The notes: generated by a model not told the origin, from the sequence alone. Positions 19,101 to 27,161 are shown, counted from the first letter of the stretch. The stretch is 64,000 nucleotides of DNA from an uncultured bacterium (GCA_900551965.1 URYF01000002.1:810-64809), one strand, 5' to 3'. Numbers and translations: made by a program.

Positions 19101-19616
19101 GATGAACGTGAAAAGCTCACAGAAATGCGCAACAAAGCAAGAGGAATTACCCAGGACAACCAAGCAAATACTACATCTCAAGCAACAGAACAGAAACCTG
19201 TACAAACTCAAGCTAACAAAAAACAAGATGAGTTGAACCCTGTTCAAACAACAAAACCTAAACTAGCAGCAAATGAAATGAGAAAAACTCTTGCTGACGG
19301 TACTATAATCACAAGAGAAGGCACAACTTTTGGCGCTATCAGCGGAAAAGAAGATTCATACAGAGTTGTTACAAAACAAGAACAACAAGAAGGTAACCCT
19401 ATCGGCATGAATGATGAAATCTTAACGCCGGGTTCTGAAGAATGGAAACGCAAATACAACAAACAGCACCAAGCGCCACCAGCTACAGCATTCACAATGG
19501 CTGCAATGTCTGAAGAAGATGAAGAGTTCGGAGTTCCGTTTGGATCAACAAAAGTCAGCAACCGCTTAAAAATTAATAAGAAATTCCCGCCGCAAGGTTT
19601 TAGATTTAATGCTTAA
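16122..19616 (+). CDS. large (~1164 aa) K/E/Q-rich repeat protein, function unknown
   Basis: Long uninterrupted ORF. ATG 16122 is preferred over TTG 16110. Internal repeats such as 'TPQEKMSAMADAYFSKHDNEYKNLKTKEEKDQY' and 'TASEKISICADTVLSMTDDKYKSLPENEKKQY'. T/Q/A/N-rich low-complexity linker at roughly nt 18250-18520. No TM or signal peptide. Confidence 0.6.
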   Translation: MALKVNQYNLKEQLAAPQTSTGSADNAIKKPINMKVQTNNELENKNNTLKTYIQSEEFNKLDKETQLKELKAKFYPNSTIEEIQKILTTTIQAIKTEEATENQIETQQVYADIDELKAKAKSGAELTEEEQQIIKQHEDNKMLIPIKEIMSEEFSKKTPQEKMSAMADAYFSKHDNEYKNLKTKEEKDQYLKTQLAALNQKLNAGSNEKLAAMNTLTLLQYSHEKAIPLKELENLNTNDLKAKLTEYQYAKAEEMINVVKSKTEGLEGKTASEKISICADTVLSMTDDKYKSLPENEKKQYREAKIDKFMTEVVGDRNWKYISDEKVKEKALEKYLQIAQILYKNKLSIADYKKLSQAEKLKMDRTILSEDPIKNAKEIKILNTKLELIEGIEKDNITDKDIYDKLRQKEKTGKLSDEEQAILNEYKYRRSLGDNLDDTYGTPSNQIQAAKQGQTVENYLTQNIDAILNDDSLTPEQKYEKIQEFYKGTARTGECDWSQVKIIDDVLRKNGYSNKEIHALRPEGIHCRHSAHAIARNDGRTAGKIACDGAHGSEKTRAAMHKLSQMVPAKLDAEQAASFGTEVMQVKELRQSFITGQNDRTQVSREKANDIANKILTSADISDASRATYTQEFITDAKRNGAEEQIYFGESLSKIENAAVTEGLAAASNSVDESVRSQYNSYVETAAKNYPPEQQAAIKNAMSTGNISKETLADTTPSPVNTTTQPQRASAQENKPAPSSAAAATAAQRNNTAATKQPAVKIQTADIGTVKNTTTTTQKTVQQQTASNNNTVTAQNSVKTQEINAATEKRQLEAKRDAAAENALNTAETIKKSVAEDSLKIAKDISQEASEEVVNTLAEEKSITEIERQKVIEKLSKASSITELYSIITSLGRKAQDIFLDKISKSQYVNEFINGISDTSVLQKLYDTCGSDSTKRELLAKMSDRIYKLLEDDKISDFNLGAVDHKIIRNFLAANVSSMSNTRFSRYLQYLPFDEREKLTEMRNKARGITQDNQANTTSQATEQKPVQTQANKKQDELNPVQTTKPKLAANEMRKTLADGTIITREGTTFGAISGKEDSYRVVTKQEQQEGNPIGMNDEILTPGSEEWKRKYNKQHQAPPATAFTMAAMSEEDEEFGVPFGSTKVSNRLKINKKFPPQGFRFNA

Positions 19617-19627
19617 AATTTGCGGGA

Positions 19628-19730
19628 GTTATATACATGTTTCCACCAACATAAAATCTTCCGGACTGCTTCGCTGTCGCTTGTTGTGACGTGCGTTTTT
19701 TCATTTAGTGAAGTCTGGTATATAAGTCCC
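19628..19730 (+). repeat. dispersed 103-nt intergenic repeat, copy A
   Basis: Aligns end to end with the reverse complement of 61550..61714. A 33-nt core CGCTTGTTGTGACGTGCGTTTTTTCATTTAGTG is identical. Short terminal inverted repeat TTATATAC/GTATATAA. Confidence 0.8.
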
Positions 19731-19823
19731 GAATTTGCAATGTTGCTTTTTTAAATATTTTATGTTGTAATTGAAGTACAGCAGGTTTTCCTGCGAGTTC
19801 AAACGAAAGAAGACAATTACAAA

Positions 19824-20687
19824 TTGCCGAAAGAAATTAAATTAGCTAAATTTGCAGGTTTTTGCTACGGTGTAAAAAGAGCCGTTGAAACTGTTAAAAA
19901 ATTAAAAGCAGAAAATCCCGACAAAAATATTTGTGTGCTTGGTGAACTTATTCACAACACACAGGTCATTGAAGAGTTGAATAATTTGGGAATAAAGTCA
20001 TTATCAGAGTTACCTGAAAAAGGGAACGGAATTTGTGTTGTCAGAAGCCACGGCGAAAGTCCGGAAGTTTTTGAAAAAATAAAAAATGCCGGATTTGAAG
20101 TTTATGACCTTACTTGCCCTGATGTTAAAAAAGTTCAGCAAAAAGCAATTGAATTAGCAAAAGATGAATATTATCTTGTTATCGTCGGAAAAGCCAAACA
20201 CCCTGAAGTCATTGCAATTCGAGCTAACGCTGTTCAATACAGCAGCAATGTGATTGTTGCAGATTCTGTTGAGCAATTAAGACCGTTTGAAAAAGAATTA
20301 AAAACCCACAAAAAAATCGGAGTTGTTGTTCAAACAACGCAAATGATTTCGACATTGAATGATATTATAAAATACCTTACACCGATATCAAAAGAATTAC
20401 ATATAGCAAATACAATCTGTCAAAGTACTTCAATGCGTCAGACAGAAGCCAAAGAACTGGCTAAAGAAAGCGATCTTATGATTGTTGTAGGTTCTAAACA
20501 AAGCGCAAACACAACTCATTTAGCAGAAATTTTAAAAGATATAACAAATACTATTCATATCGAAACAGATGAAGAATTAGAAAAATATGAAGATTTAATA
20601 AAAAACTCACAAAAAATTTCAATAACAGCAGGAGCTTCAACTCCGCAAAATATAATTGAAAAAGTTATTGAAAGAATCGAAAAATAA
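19824..20687 (+). CDS. ispH: 4-hydroxy-3-methylbut-2-enyl diphosphate reductase
   Basis: 'GFCYGVKRAV', 'GELIHN', 'VRSHG', 'LTCPDVKKVQ', 'NTICQSTSMRQ', 'VVGSKQSANTTHL'. TTG start. Confidence 0.9.
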   Translation: MPKEIKLAKFAGFCYGVKRAVETVKKLKAENPDKNICVLGELIHNTQVIEELNNLGIKSLSELPEKGNGICVVRSHGESPEVFEKIKNAGFEVYDLTCPDVKKVQQKAIELAKDEYYLVIVGKAKHPEVIAIRANAVQYSSNVIVADSVEQLRPFEKELKTHKKIGVVVQTTQMISTLNDIIKYLTPISKELHIANTICQSTSMRQTEAKELAKESDLMIVVGSKQSANTTHLAEILKDITNTIHIETDEELEKYEDLIKNSQKISITAGASTPQNIIEKVIERIEK

Positions 20688-20739
20688 CAGAGGACAGTCA
20701 ACCTCTATAAAAATAAAATAAAGAAAAGGAGAATAAAAA

Positions 20740-21813
20740 ATGACACAAGCAACATTAGATGAATTTGAAAAGTTATTAGAAGAAAGCTTTTCAAGCAGCC
20801 ATTCAGTAGCTGATATCGTAGAAGGTACAGTATTGAAAAAAGACCAAGACGGTTACTTGGTAAGCGTAAGAGGAGCTAAAACAGAAGCTTTCTTACCTAA
20901 CAAAGAAATCTCATCAGCTGAAGAAGCTGCACCGTTAGAAATTGGCGATGTTAAAGAATTCTACGTTCTAAAAGAAGAACACGACGAAGACGGTATGTTA
21001 TTATCATTAAAAAGACTTGCATTTGCTCAAGCTTGGGCTCAACTTAACGATGCTAAAGTTCAAGGCGATACAATCCTTGCAAAAGTTGTTTCAGTTGTTA
21101 AAGGCGGTGTTTTGGTTGACGTTGCAGACCTTAAAGGTTTCATTCCGTCATCACAGCTCAGAACAGGTACACCATTTGACGGCTTATTAGACCAAAAAAT
21201 CGAAGTTAAAGTTTTGGAAGCTGATCCTAAGAAAAACAAACTTATCTTATCTCAAAGACAAGCTGTTGCGGAACAAAGAGATCAAGTTGTTGATAATATC
21301 TTAGCTTCATTAGAAGAAGAACAAATTGTTAAAGGTGAAGTTGTACGAATCGCTGATTTCGGAGCATTCGTTGACATCAACGGTATTGACGGTTTACTTC
21401 CTATCTCCGAAATTTCTTGGCAGAGAATTAAACACCCTTCAGATGTTATTTCTTTAGGCGAAACTTTAGAAGTTAAAATTATCAAAATTGATAACGAATT
21501 GAAAAGAATTTCATTGTCATTGAAAAGAATGGGCGAAGATCCATGGCAGCAAATCGAAGGTCAATTCTCAGAAGGTCAGGTAATCACTGGTACTGTAAAT
21601 AAAGTTACAGGATTTGGTGCATTCATCAACATCTTCCCTGGCGTTGAAGCTTTATTACCGGTTTCTGAAATGGCTGAAGAAAACGTTAATCCGTTCAACA
21701 AATTTAAAGTTGGCGACAGCGTAGAAGTTCTTATCAAGAAATTCACGCCGCAAGAACACAGAATTGCGTTGAGCATCAAAGATATGAACAAAGAAGAAGA
21801 AGCTGCTGAATAA
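20740..21813 (+). CDS. rpsA: 30S ribosomal protein S1 (short form, four S1 domains)
   Basis: AAGGAG upstream. Four S1/OB repeats ('G.V..V....G..V.....GF.P.S'), e.g. 'VKGEVVRIADFGAFVDINGIDGLLPISEISW'. Confidence 0.85.
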   Translation: MTQATLDEFEKLLEESFSSSHSVADIVEGTVLKKDQDGYLVSVRGAKTEAFLPNKEISSAEEAAPLEIGDVKEFYVLKEEHDEDGMLLSLKRLAFAQAWAQLNDAKVQGDTILAKVVSVVKGGVLVDVADLKGFIPSSQLRTGTPFDGLLDQKIEVKVLEADPKKNKLILSQRQAVAEQRDQVVDNILASLEEEQIVKGEVVRIADFGAFVDINGIDGLLPISEISWQRIKHPSDVISLGETLEVKIIKIDNELKRISLSLKRMGEDPWQQIEGQFSEGQVITGTVNKVTGFGAFINIFPGVEALLPVSEMAEENVNPFNKFKVGDSVEVLIKKFTPQEHRIALSIKDMNKEEEAAE

Positions 21814-21830
21814 GCAAGTTATAATCTTTT

Positions 21831-21861
21831 AAAAACCGGCTCTTAAAAAGAGCCGGTTTTT
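21831..21861 (+). terminator. rho-independent terminator after rpsA
   Basis: AAAAACCGGCTCT-taaaa-AGAGCCGGTTTTT. Confidence 0.85.
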
Positions 21862-21898
21862 GTTAGCAAAAAACATTTTGTTTGAACTTAAAATACAC

Positions 21899-22510
21899 AT
21901 GAACAAAATAACTAAATTTAAACAATATTTAACAACACCATCAAAATGCTTTATTCCAAAATGTAAAGCCCATTGCTGCATAAATGCCCCTTTACCGGAG
22001 GGTTTTTTACCAAAACACAAAGATAAAATTCAAAGACAGATTTTTGGTAGCTTTAATATGGGACAGAACGACCCGCGAGATACTTATAATTCAATAATTT
22101 ACAGTACCCGCCCAATTATTTTCATCGGCTATGATCAAGATCATAAAATGATTGCAACTATCTCAAAAGAAATGATAGAAGAATTGAACATTAAGAGTAT
22201 GGAAGATGTCTACAATCTTTTAAATAGGTATGAAGCTGAAGAAATTTATAACTATTGTCCGTTTATAAAATCAGATGCTAGCTGTAGTGTTTACAAGGAT
22301 CGTCCGCCAATATGCAGAGATTTTGGCTCAACTTCACTAAAAGTAGATCAATGTCCCCAAAAAAGCACACCACTTGAAATATACAAATATAACATTTCGC
22401 TATACTTTGAAGCCTTGAAAGAAACCCCAAAACAAATGTACAAAGACTTAAAAACCATATCAGTAAAAATAAAACAACTATTTTCAAAAGGTTCAACACA
22501 AAACACATAA
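21899..22510 (+). CDS. YkgJ/UPF0153-family Cys-cluster protein
   Basis: Start moved to ATG 21899 because the TTG at 21860 lies inside the rpsA terminator. 'CFIPKCKAHCC' and 'CPFIKSDASCSVYKDRPPICRDF' fit the CxxCxxCC...C.(I/V)Y..RP..CR.(F/Y) pattern. Confidence 0.6.
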   Translation: MNKITKFKQYLTTPSKCFIPKCKAHCCINAPLPEGFLPKHKDKIQRQIFGSFNMGQNDPRDTYNSIIYSTRPIIFIGYDQDHKMIATISKEMIEELNIKSMEDVYNLLNRYEAEEIYNYCPFIKSDASCSVYKDRPPICRDFGSTSLKVDQCPQKSTPLEIYKYNISLYFEALKETPKQMYKDLKTISVKIKQLFSKGSTQNT

Positions 22511-22582
22511 TCCTTGTTGTAAATTTTTTTTCATGGTAGCATATTTTCATATATAAGATATGAAAAATTAAGAGGTAAAAAT

Positions 22583-23242
22583 ATGCAAGCCCGCAGAGCA
22601 GCCAGAGAATTGGCATTTATATTATTTTCACAATTTGACAAAAAAATTACAACATATTCTAAAGAAAATTTAGACGATATAATTCTAAAATCAGTTAGAA
22701 TTTTATCAAGCAGCGCCAGCGATGATTTAAAGATTTCGCTGGGCGCCTTAATTGATATGAAAAACAAAATTGATGATTACGAAGCTGAGCACGAAATAAA
22801 CCTAAACAGACCTTTAGAGGCTGCAAATATTCCGGTACCGCTTCCTATGACATCAGATATTACCGGCAGAATTGATGAGATGATAGAAGTTGCAGAAAAA
22901 GCCCTTTTAGCTTTAGAAATTGCCGAATTTACAACTCTTGAATCCCAAAATGATGTAAAAAATTATGCAATCAAAATCGCTGAAACTTTCCAAAAAAACA
23001 ACGAAGAAATTGATGCTATTATTAAAAAATATTCAACAGGTTGGGATTTTGACAGACTTGTAAAAATGGATAAAGATATTTTGAGAATCGCTCTATCAGA
23101 ACTTTTATACATTGAAGAAACTCCAATGAAAGTCGTTGTTGATGAAGCCTTAGAACTTGCTAAAAAATATTCAACTGATGACAGCGCATCATTTATTAAT
23201 GGAGTTTTAGCAAAAGTTATTGTTGATAAAGGGATAAAATAA
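22583..23242 (+). CDS. nusB: transcription antitermination factor NusB (long form)
   Basis: N-terminus 'ARRAARELAFILFSQ'. C-terminal 'DRLVKMDKDILRIALSELLY...PMKVVVDEALELAKKYSTDDSASFINGVLAKV'. About 70-80 extra residues in the middle compared with ~140-aa NusB. Confidence 0.8.
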   Translation: MQARRAARELAFILFSQFDKKITTYSKENLDDIILKSVRILSSSASDDLKISLGALIDMKNKIDDYEAEHEINLNRPLEAANIPVPLPMTSDITGRIDEMIEVAEKALLALEIAEFTTLESQNDVKNYAIKIAETFQKNNEEIDAIIKKYSTGWDFDRLVKMDKDILRIALSELLYIEETPMKVVVDEALELAKKYSTDDSASFINGVLAKVIVDKGIK

Positions 23243-23255
23243 ACCCAGGAATATT

Positions 23256-24176
23256 ATGTTCGGATTCATAAAAGATAAATTTGAAAACTTTAAACAGACA
23301 GTTACAAATACAACAAAATCACTTGTCGAAAATGTACTGTCAAATGTTGATGAATCCGAAGAACAATTTTCTAAATTTGCGCTTGATGATATTGAAGACA
23401 CATTAATTAGTGCGGATTTGGGAGTTGATTATGCTGCAGAATTAGTTGACAGCCTTAGAGCAAAAAAGAATGCCAAACCTTCTGAATTAAAAGACTACCT
23501 TAAAACAGAGTTTAGACAAACACTACAACAAGCCGGTTCTACAGAGTTAAACTATAAAGAAAATGAATTAAATATCTATTTTATCGCAGGGGTTAACGGT
23601 GCCGGGAAAACAACACTTATTGCAAAAATGGCATATAGGTTTAAGCAAGAAGGTAAAAAAGTATTAATTGCAGCTGGTGATACTTTTAGGGCTGCTGCTG
23701 AAGAGCAGCTTAATATCTGGTCTGAGAGAGCCGGAGCAGATATTGTAAGACGCGATAAAGCGGATCCGGCATCTGTTGTTTACGAAGCTATTCAAAAAGC
23801 AAAAAAAGAAAATTATGATGTTATTTTAATAGATACAGCAGGCAGACTGCAAAATAAATTCAACCTTATGGAAGAATTAAAAAAGATTAAGACAGTAATC
23901 GACAAACAAGCTCCGGAATCATTAAGAGAAAGTATTCTTGTAATAGATGCCAATACAGGTCAAAACGGATTACAGCAGGCTAAAGTTTTTGCTCAAGCCG
24001 TTAATATTACATCTGCAGCACTTACGAAGCTTGATGGCAGTGCAAAAGGCGCAATAATTATAGCCATAGCTAAAGAAATGAAATTACCGGTCAAGCTTGT
24101 CGGTGTAGGTGAAAAAATGGAAGACTTAAAAGCTTTTGACCCTGAAGATTTTATTAACGCATTGTTTGAAAATTAA
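23256..24176 (+). CDS. ftsY: signal recognition particle receptor FtsY
   Basis: 'GVNGAGKTTLIAKMA', 'AAGDTFRAAAEEQL', 'DTAGRLQNK', 'LTKLDGSAKGA', 'VGVGEKMEDLKAFDPEDF'. Confidence 0.92.
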   Translation: MFGFIKDKFENFKQTVTNTTKSLVENVLSNVDESEEQFSKFALDDIEDTLISADLGVDYAAELVDSLRAKKNAKPSELKDYLKTEFRQTLQQAGSTELNYKENELNIYFIAGVNGAGKTTLIAKMAYRFKQEGKKVLIAAGDTFRAAAEEQLNIWSERAGADIVRRDKADPASVVYEAIQKAKKENYDVILIDTAGRLQNKFNLMEELKKIKTVIDKQAPESLRESILVIDANTGQNGLQQAKVFAQAVNITSAALTKLDGSAKGAIIIAIAKEMKLPVKLVGVGEKMEDLKAFDPEDFINALFEN

Positions 24177-24189
24177 GAAAGTCTGCTTC

Positions 24190-24870
24190 ATGAAAATTTT
24201 AGAAAAAGCTGTTACAAAACTTGGAAACGAGATTACCTTACTAGGAGAACCGGGTGAAGATAATGCACTTATTATCGGCGTTTTCCACGGCGATGAACCG
24301 CAGGGAAAATGGCTTATTGAAGAGTATATTAAACAATACATCCCCCTTCCCCTTCCCCTCGCCCCTTGCGACAAAGGGGGCAAAGAACTCTTGTTTATCC
24401 CTTGTTTAAACCCTGACGGAATGGCACAGAGCACACGAACAAACACAAACGGTGTAGATTTAAACCGAAATTTTCCAACCAAAAACTGGGGGGAGAACAA
24501 AGGAGAAAACGCAACCTGTGATGACGAAAATTCGTCCTACTATGGCGGCAAAACACCCGCCAGCGAAATTGAAACCCAATTTGTTATAAATATAATAGAA
24601 AAATACAATCCAACATTTATACTGACTCTACATACACCTTATAAAGTGGTAAACTATGACGGACCTGCAAAAGATACTGCCGAAAAAATTTCAGAGATTA
24701 TAAACTACCCTGTTGAAGCAAGTATAGGCTATCCGACTCCCGGAAGTTTCGGAACATATTGCGGTGTAGAGAGAAATATTCCGACAATAACACTGGAAAT
24801 GGACGAAAATTGTCCTGTAGAAGAACTGTTTCCGCCCATTTGCAAAATCTTTGAAACTCTAATCAAATAA
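24190..24870 (+). CDS. M14-family zinc carboxypeptidase (murein peptide amidase MpaA-like)
   Basis: ATG 24190 is preferred because the longer ORF overlaps ftsY. 'GVFHGDEPQG', 'CLNPDG', 'NGVDLNRNFP', 'GGKTPASEIET', 'LHTPY', 'GYPTPGSFGTYC'. Confidence 0.75.
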   Translation: MKILEKAVTKLGNEITLLGEPGEDNALIIGVFHGDEPQGKWLIEEYIKQYIPLPLPLAPCDKGGKELLFIPCLNPDGMAQSTRTNTNGVDLNRNFPTKNWGENKGENATCDDENSSYYGGKTPASEIETQFVINIIEKYNPTFILTLHTPYKVVNYDGPAKDTAEKISEIINYPVEASIGYPTPGSFGTYCGVERNIPTITLEMDENCPVEELFPPICKIFETLIK

Positions 24871-25644
24871 ATCGCCGAAAAATCCTTTTGAAGGTTTGAA
24901 GGCATTTGGATCAATGACAAACTTATCGCCAGCTTTGACATCTGCACCGTCCCAGTTTGCCTCCCGCCTTAATTCGTCCAGATTAAAAAGTTTATCCGGT
25001 TGATACTTTTTAGTAATATCGGGATTCATTTGCCGCAAATGCCCACCAGGTAATCTGAAATCATTACGAATATCGCCTAAATCCATATCTTTTTTGAGTG
25101 TTACAATAATATTACCGGTCTTTTTATCAACAGTAAAATTATAAGATTCACCGTGCTTTAACTCTTTAGCTTCTTGAATTTTTGCCTGAGCCAATTGAGT
25201 TTTTTCTTTTAAATTTTTAGCCTTTTCGGCTTTATATTCCTGCTCAAATTTAGCCGCAGCTTTACGTTCATAATCATCTTTAGCTTTTTCATAATTAGCC
25301 CAGTTTTTATCTGATACAAAAGGCATTTTTAAAGTCTGACCTTCTTTTATTTTATCAGGGTCCAAGCCGGGATTTGCTTTAACAACATCGGCTATAGAAA
25401 CGTGATACTTTGTAGCTATATCAAACAAATTTTGACCAAAACCAACCTTTACATCTTTAGTACCCTCAGGTTTTGGTCTTTTAGGTTCAGTTAAATCTGT
25501 TCCTTTTTGCGCCTTAGCTTTTTTTTGCCCAACAGGTATCGGTTCTTTTTTTGGGGCAGCTTTTGATGTTGCAGCTTCTGCTGCCGCACCTTTTGCAGCA
25601 TTAGCACCACTTGTTCTTGCTGCATTGTTAATTTCCAATGACAT
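24859..25644 (-). CDS. LysM domain-containing protein
   Basis: 261 aa. LysM 'GQNLFDIATKYHVSIADVVKANPGLDPDKIKEGQTLKMP'. Ala/Lys-rich N-terminus. No signal peptide. The 3' end overlaps the convergent M14 gene by 12 nt. Confidence 0.7.
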   Translation of the reverse strand: MSLEINNAARTSGANAAKGAAAEAATSKAAPKKEPIPVGQKKAKAQKGTDLTEPKRPKPEGTKDVKVGFGQNLFDIATKYHVSIADVVKANPGLDPDKIKEGQTLKMPFVSDKNWANYEKAKDDYERKAAAKFEQEYKAEKAKNLKEKTQLAQAKIQEAKELKHGESYNFTVDKKTGNIIVTLKKDMDLGDIRNDFRLPGGHLRQMNPDITKKYQPDKLFNLDELRREANWDGADVKAGDKFVIDPNAFKPSKGFFGDLFD

Positions 25645-25789
25645 ATTCTATCCTCATATTTACTATTACGATATATACTTATTAAGTATTTTGTATATAT
25701 AAAATTGCGAAATATTTTATTATTATTTACAAACGTTAATATTAAATTTTTTTTGTTATAAAATTAATATAAGAAATGAGGGAATTTTT

Positions 25790-27153
25790 ATGAGATTATT
25801 TAACTCTTATACAAACACTGTTGAAGAATTTAAACCTATTGAAGGTAATAAGGTAAAAATGTATGTTTGCGGACCTACGGTATATGATTTTGCACACTTA
25901 GGGCACGCCAGATGCTATATCACTTGGGACGTTTTATACAGATACTTAAAATTCCGCGGCTACGATGTTACCTATTGCCGTAACGTAACAGATGTTGATG
26001 ATAAAATTTTGAAAAAAGCTGACAAAGAAGGAAAAACACCGACAGAAGTTTCACAGTACTGGTACAAGCAGTTTGAAAATTCAATGAAATCCCTCAACAC
26101 ACTAAAACCTGATATCGAACCATTTGCAACTAAAACTTTAGGAGAAATGATATCTATTGTAAAAGATTTAATCGCAAACGGATACGCTTACGAAGCAAAT
26201 GGCGACGTTTATTTCAGGGTGAAAAAATTCCCAAAATACGGCTACCTTTCAAAACAGCCGATTGATCAATTAGAAAGCGGTGCAAGGATTGAAGTTGGAG
26301 ATTTAAAAGAAGATCCGCTTGATTTTGCATTATGGAAACGGGACGAAAAATTCGGTTACAACTCACCATGGGGTGTAGGACGTCCGGGCTGGCATATTGA
26401 GTGTTCAGCTATGAGCAGAAAATATTTAGGAAAAACCATAGATATTCACGCAGGCGGCGCGGATTTAATATTCCCGCACCACGAGAATGAAATCGCTCAA
26501 TCCGAATGCGCAAACGGCTGCAAGTTCGTAAACTACTGGTTACATAACGGATTTGTAACTATTAACAAAGAAAAAATGTCAAAATCTCTAGGCAATTTCT
26601 TAACCATAGACGATATGTTAAAAAATTATGATGCAAATACATTAAGATTATTTATCTTGACAAATCACTACAGAATGCCTGTAGAATTTTCAGATGAAGC
26701 CTTAACGGCAGCACAAGCGGGTGCTAAACGCTTGACAAACGCTAAACAAACTCCAATCAACGAAGATTTGGATATTACAGCAACTGATGACTATAAAGCA
26801 TTTGTAGAAGCAATGGATGAAGATTTAAATACATCAAAAGCACTTGCGGTATTATTTGATCTTGCAACAAGAGCAAATAAGATGCTTATACAATTCTTTA
26901 TAGACTTGGCAGCACATTAGGTTTTACCTATGAAAAGGCATCATTATCCGATGATGAAATTTCAAAAGCAGTATCTCATGTTTCTGAAATTCTTGAAAAA
27001 GAATTTAATTCAATGGACGAAATTATCGAACTTAGAAAACAAGCCCGCGCAGAAAAAAATTGGGACATAGCAGATAAAATAAGAATTGCACTTGAGGAAT
27101 CAGGTATTGTTCTTAAAGACACAAAAGATGGGACTGTTGTTGAAGCAAAGTAA
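25790..27153 (+). CDS. cysS: cysteine--tRNA ligase, interrupted by an apparent 1-nt frameshift near 26880
   Basis: HIGH 'HLGHARCY', 'WGVGRPGWHIECSAM', KMSKS 'KMSKSLGN' in frame 1, which stops at 26918-26920. The CysRS C-terminus ('DAYTILYRLGSTLGF...LRKQARAEKNWDIADKIRIALEESGIVLKDTKDGT') continues in the -1 frame from 26881 to the TAA at 27151-27153. Confidence 0.85.
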
Positions 27154-27161
27154 TGAATAAA

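Noticed and set aside
21860-21898. Longer TTG-initiated version of the YkgJ-like ORF.
   Set aside because: The TTG lies within the T-run of the rpsA terminator hairpin, and the extra 13 residues look non-coding. ATG 21899 is preferred.
24859-24870. 3'-3' overlaps of convergent genes (24859-24870, 37178-37181, 51827-51830) as possible antisense regulation.
   Set aside because: Short convergent overlaps are common in compact AT-rich genomes where stop codons are frequent. No additional structure supports a regulatory role.
26871-26920. Considered programmed -1 ribosomal frameshifting in cysS.
   Set aside because: There is no heptameric slippery site (X XXY YYZ) with a downstream structure at the junction. 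Recoding is not known for CysRS, so an indel (sequencing error or mutation) is the simpler explanation.
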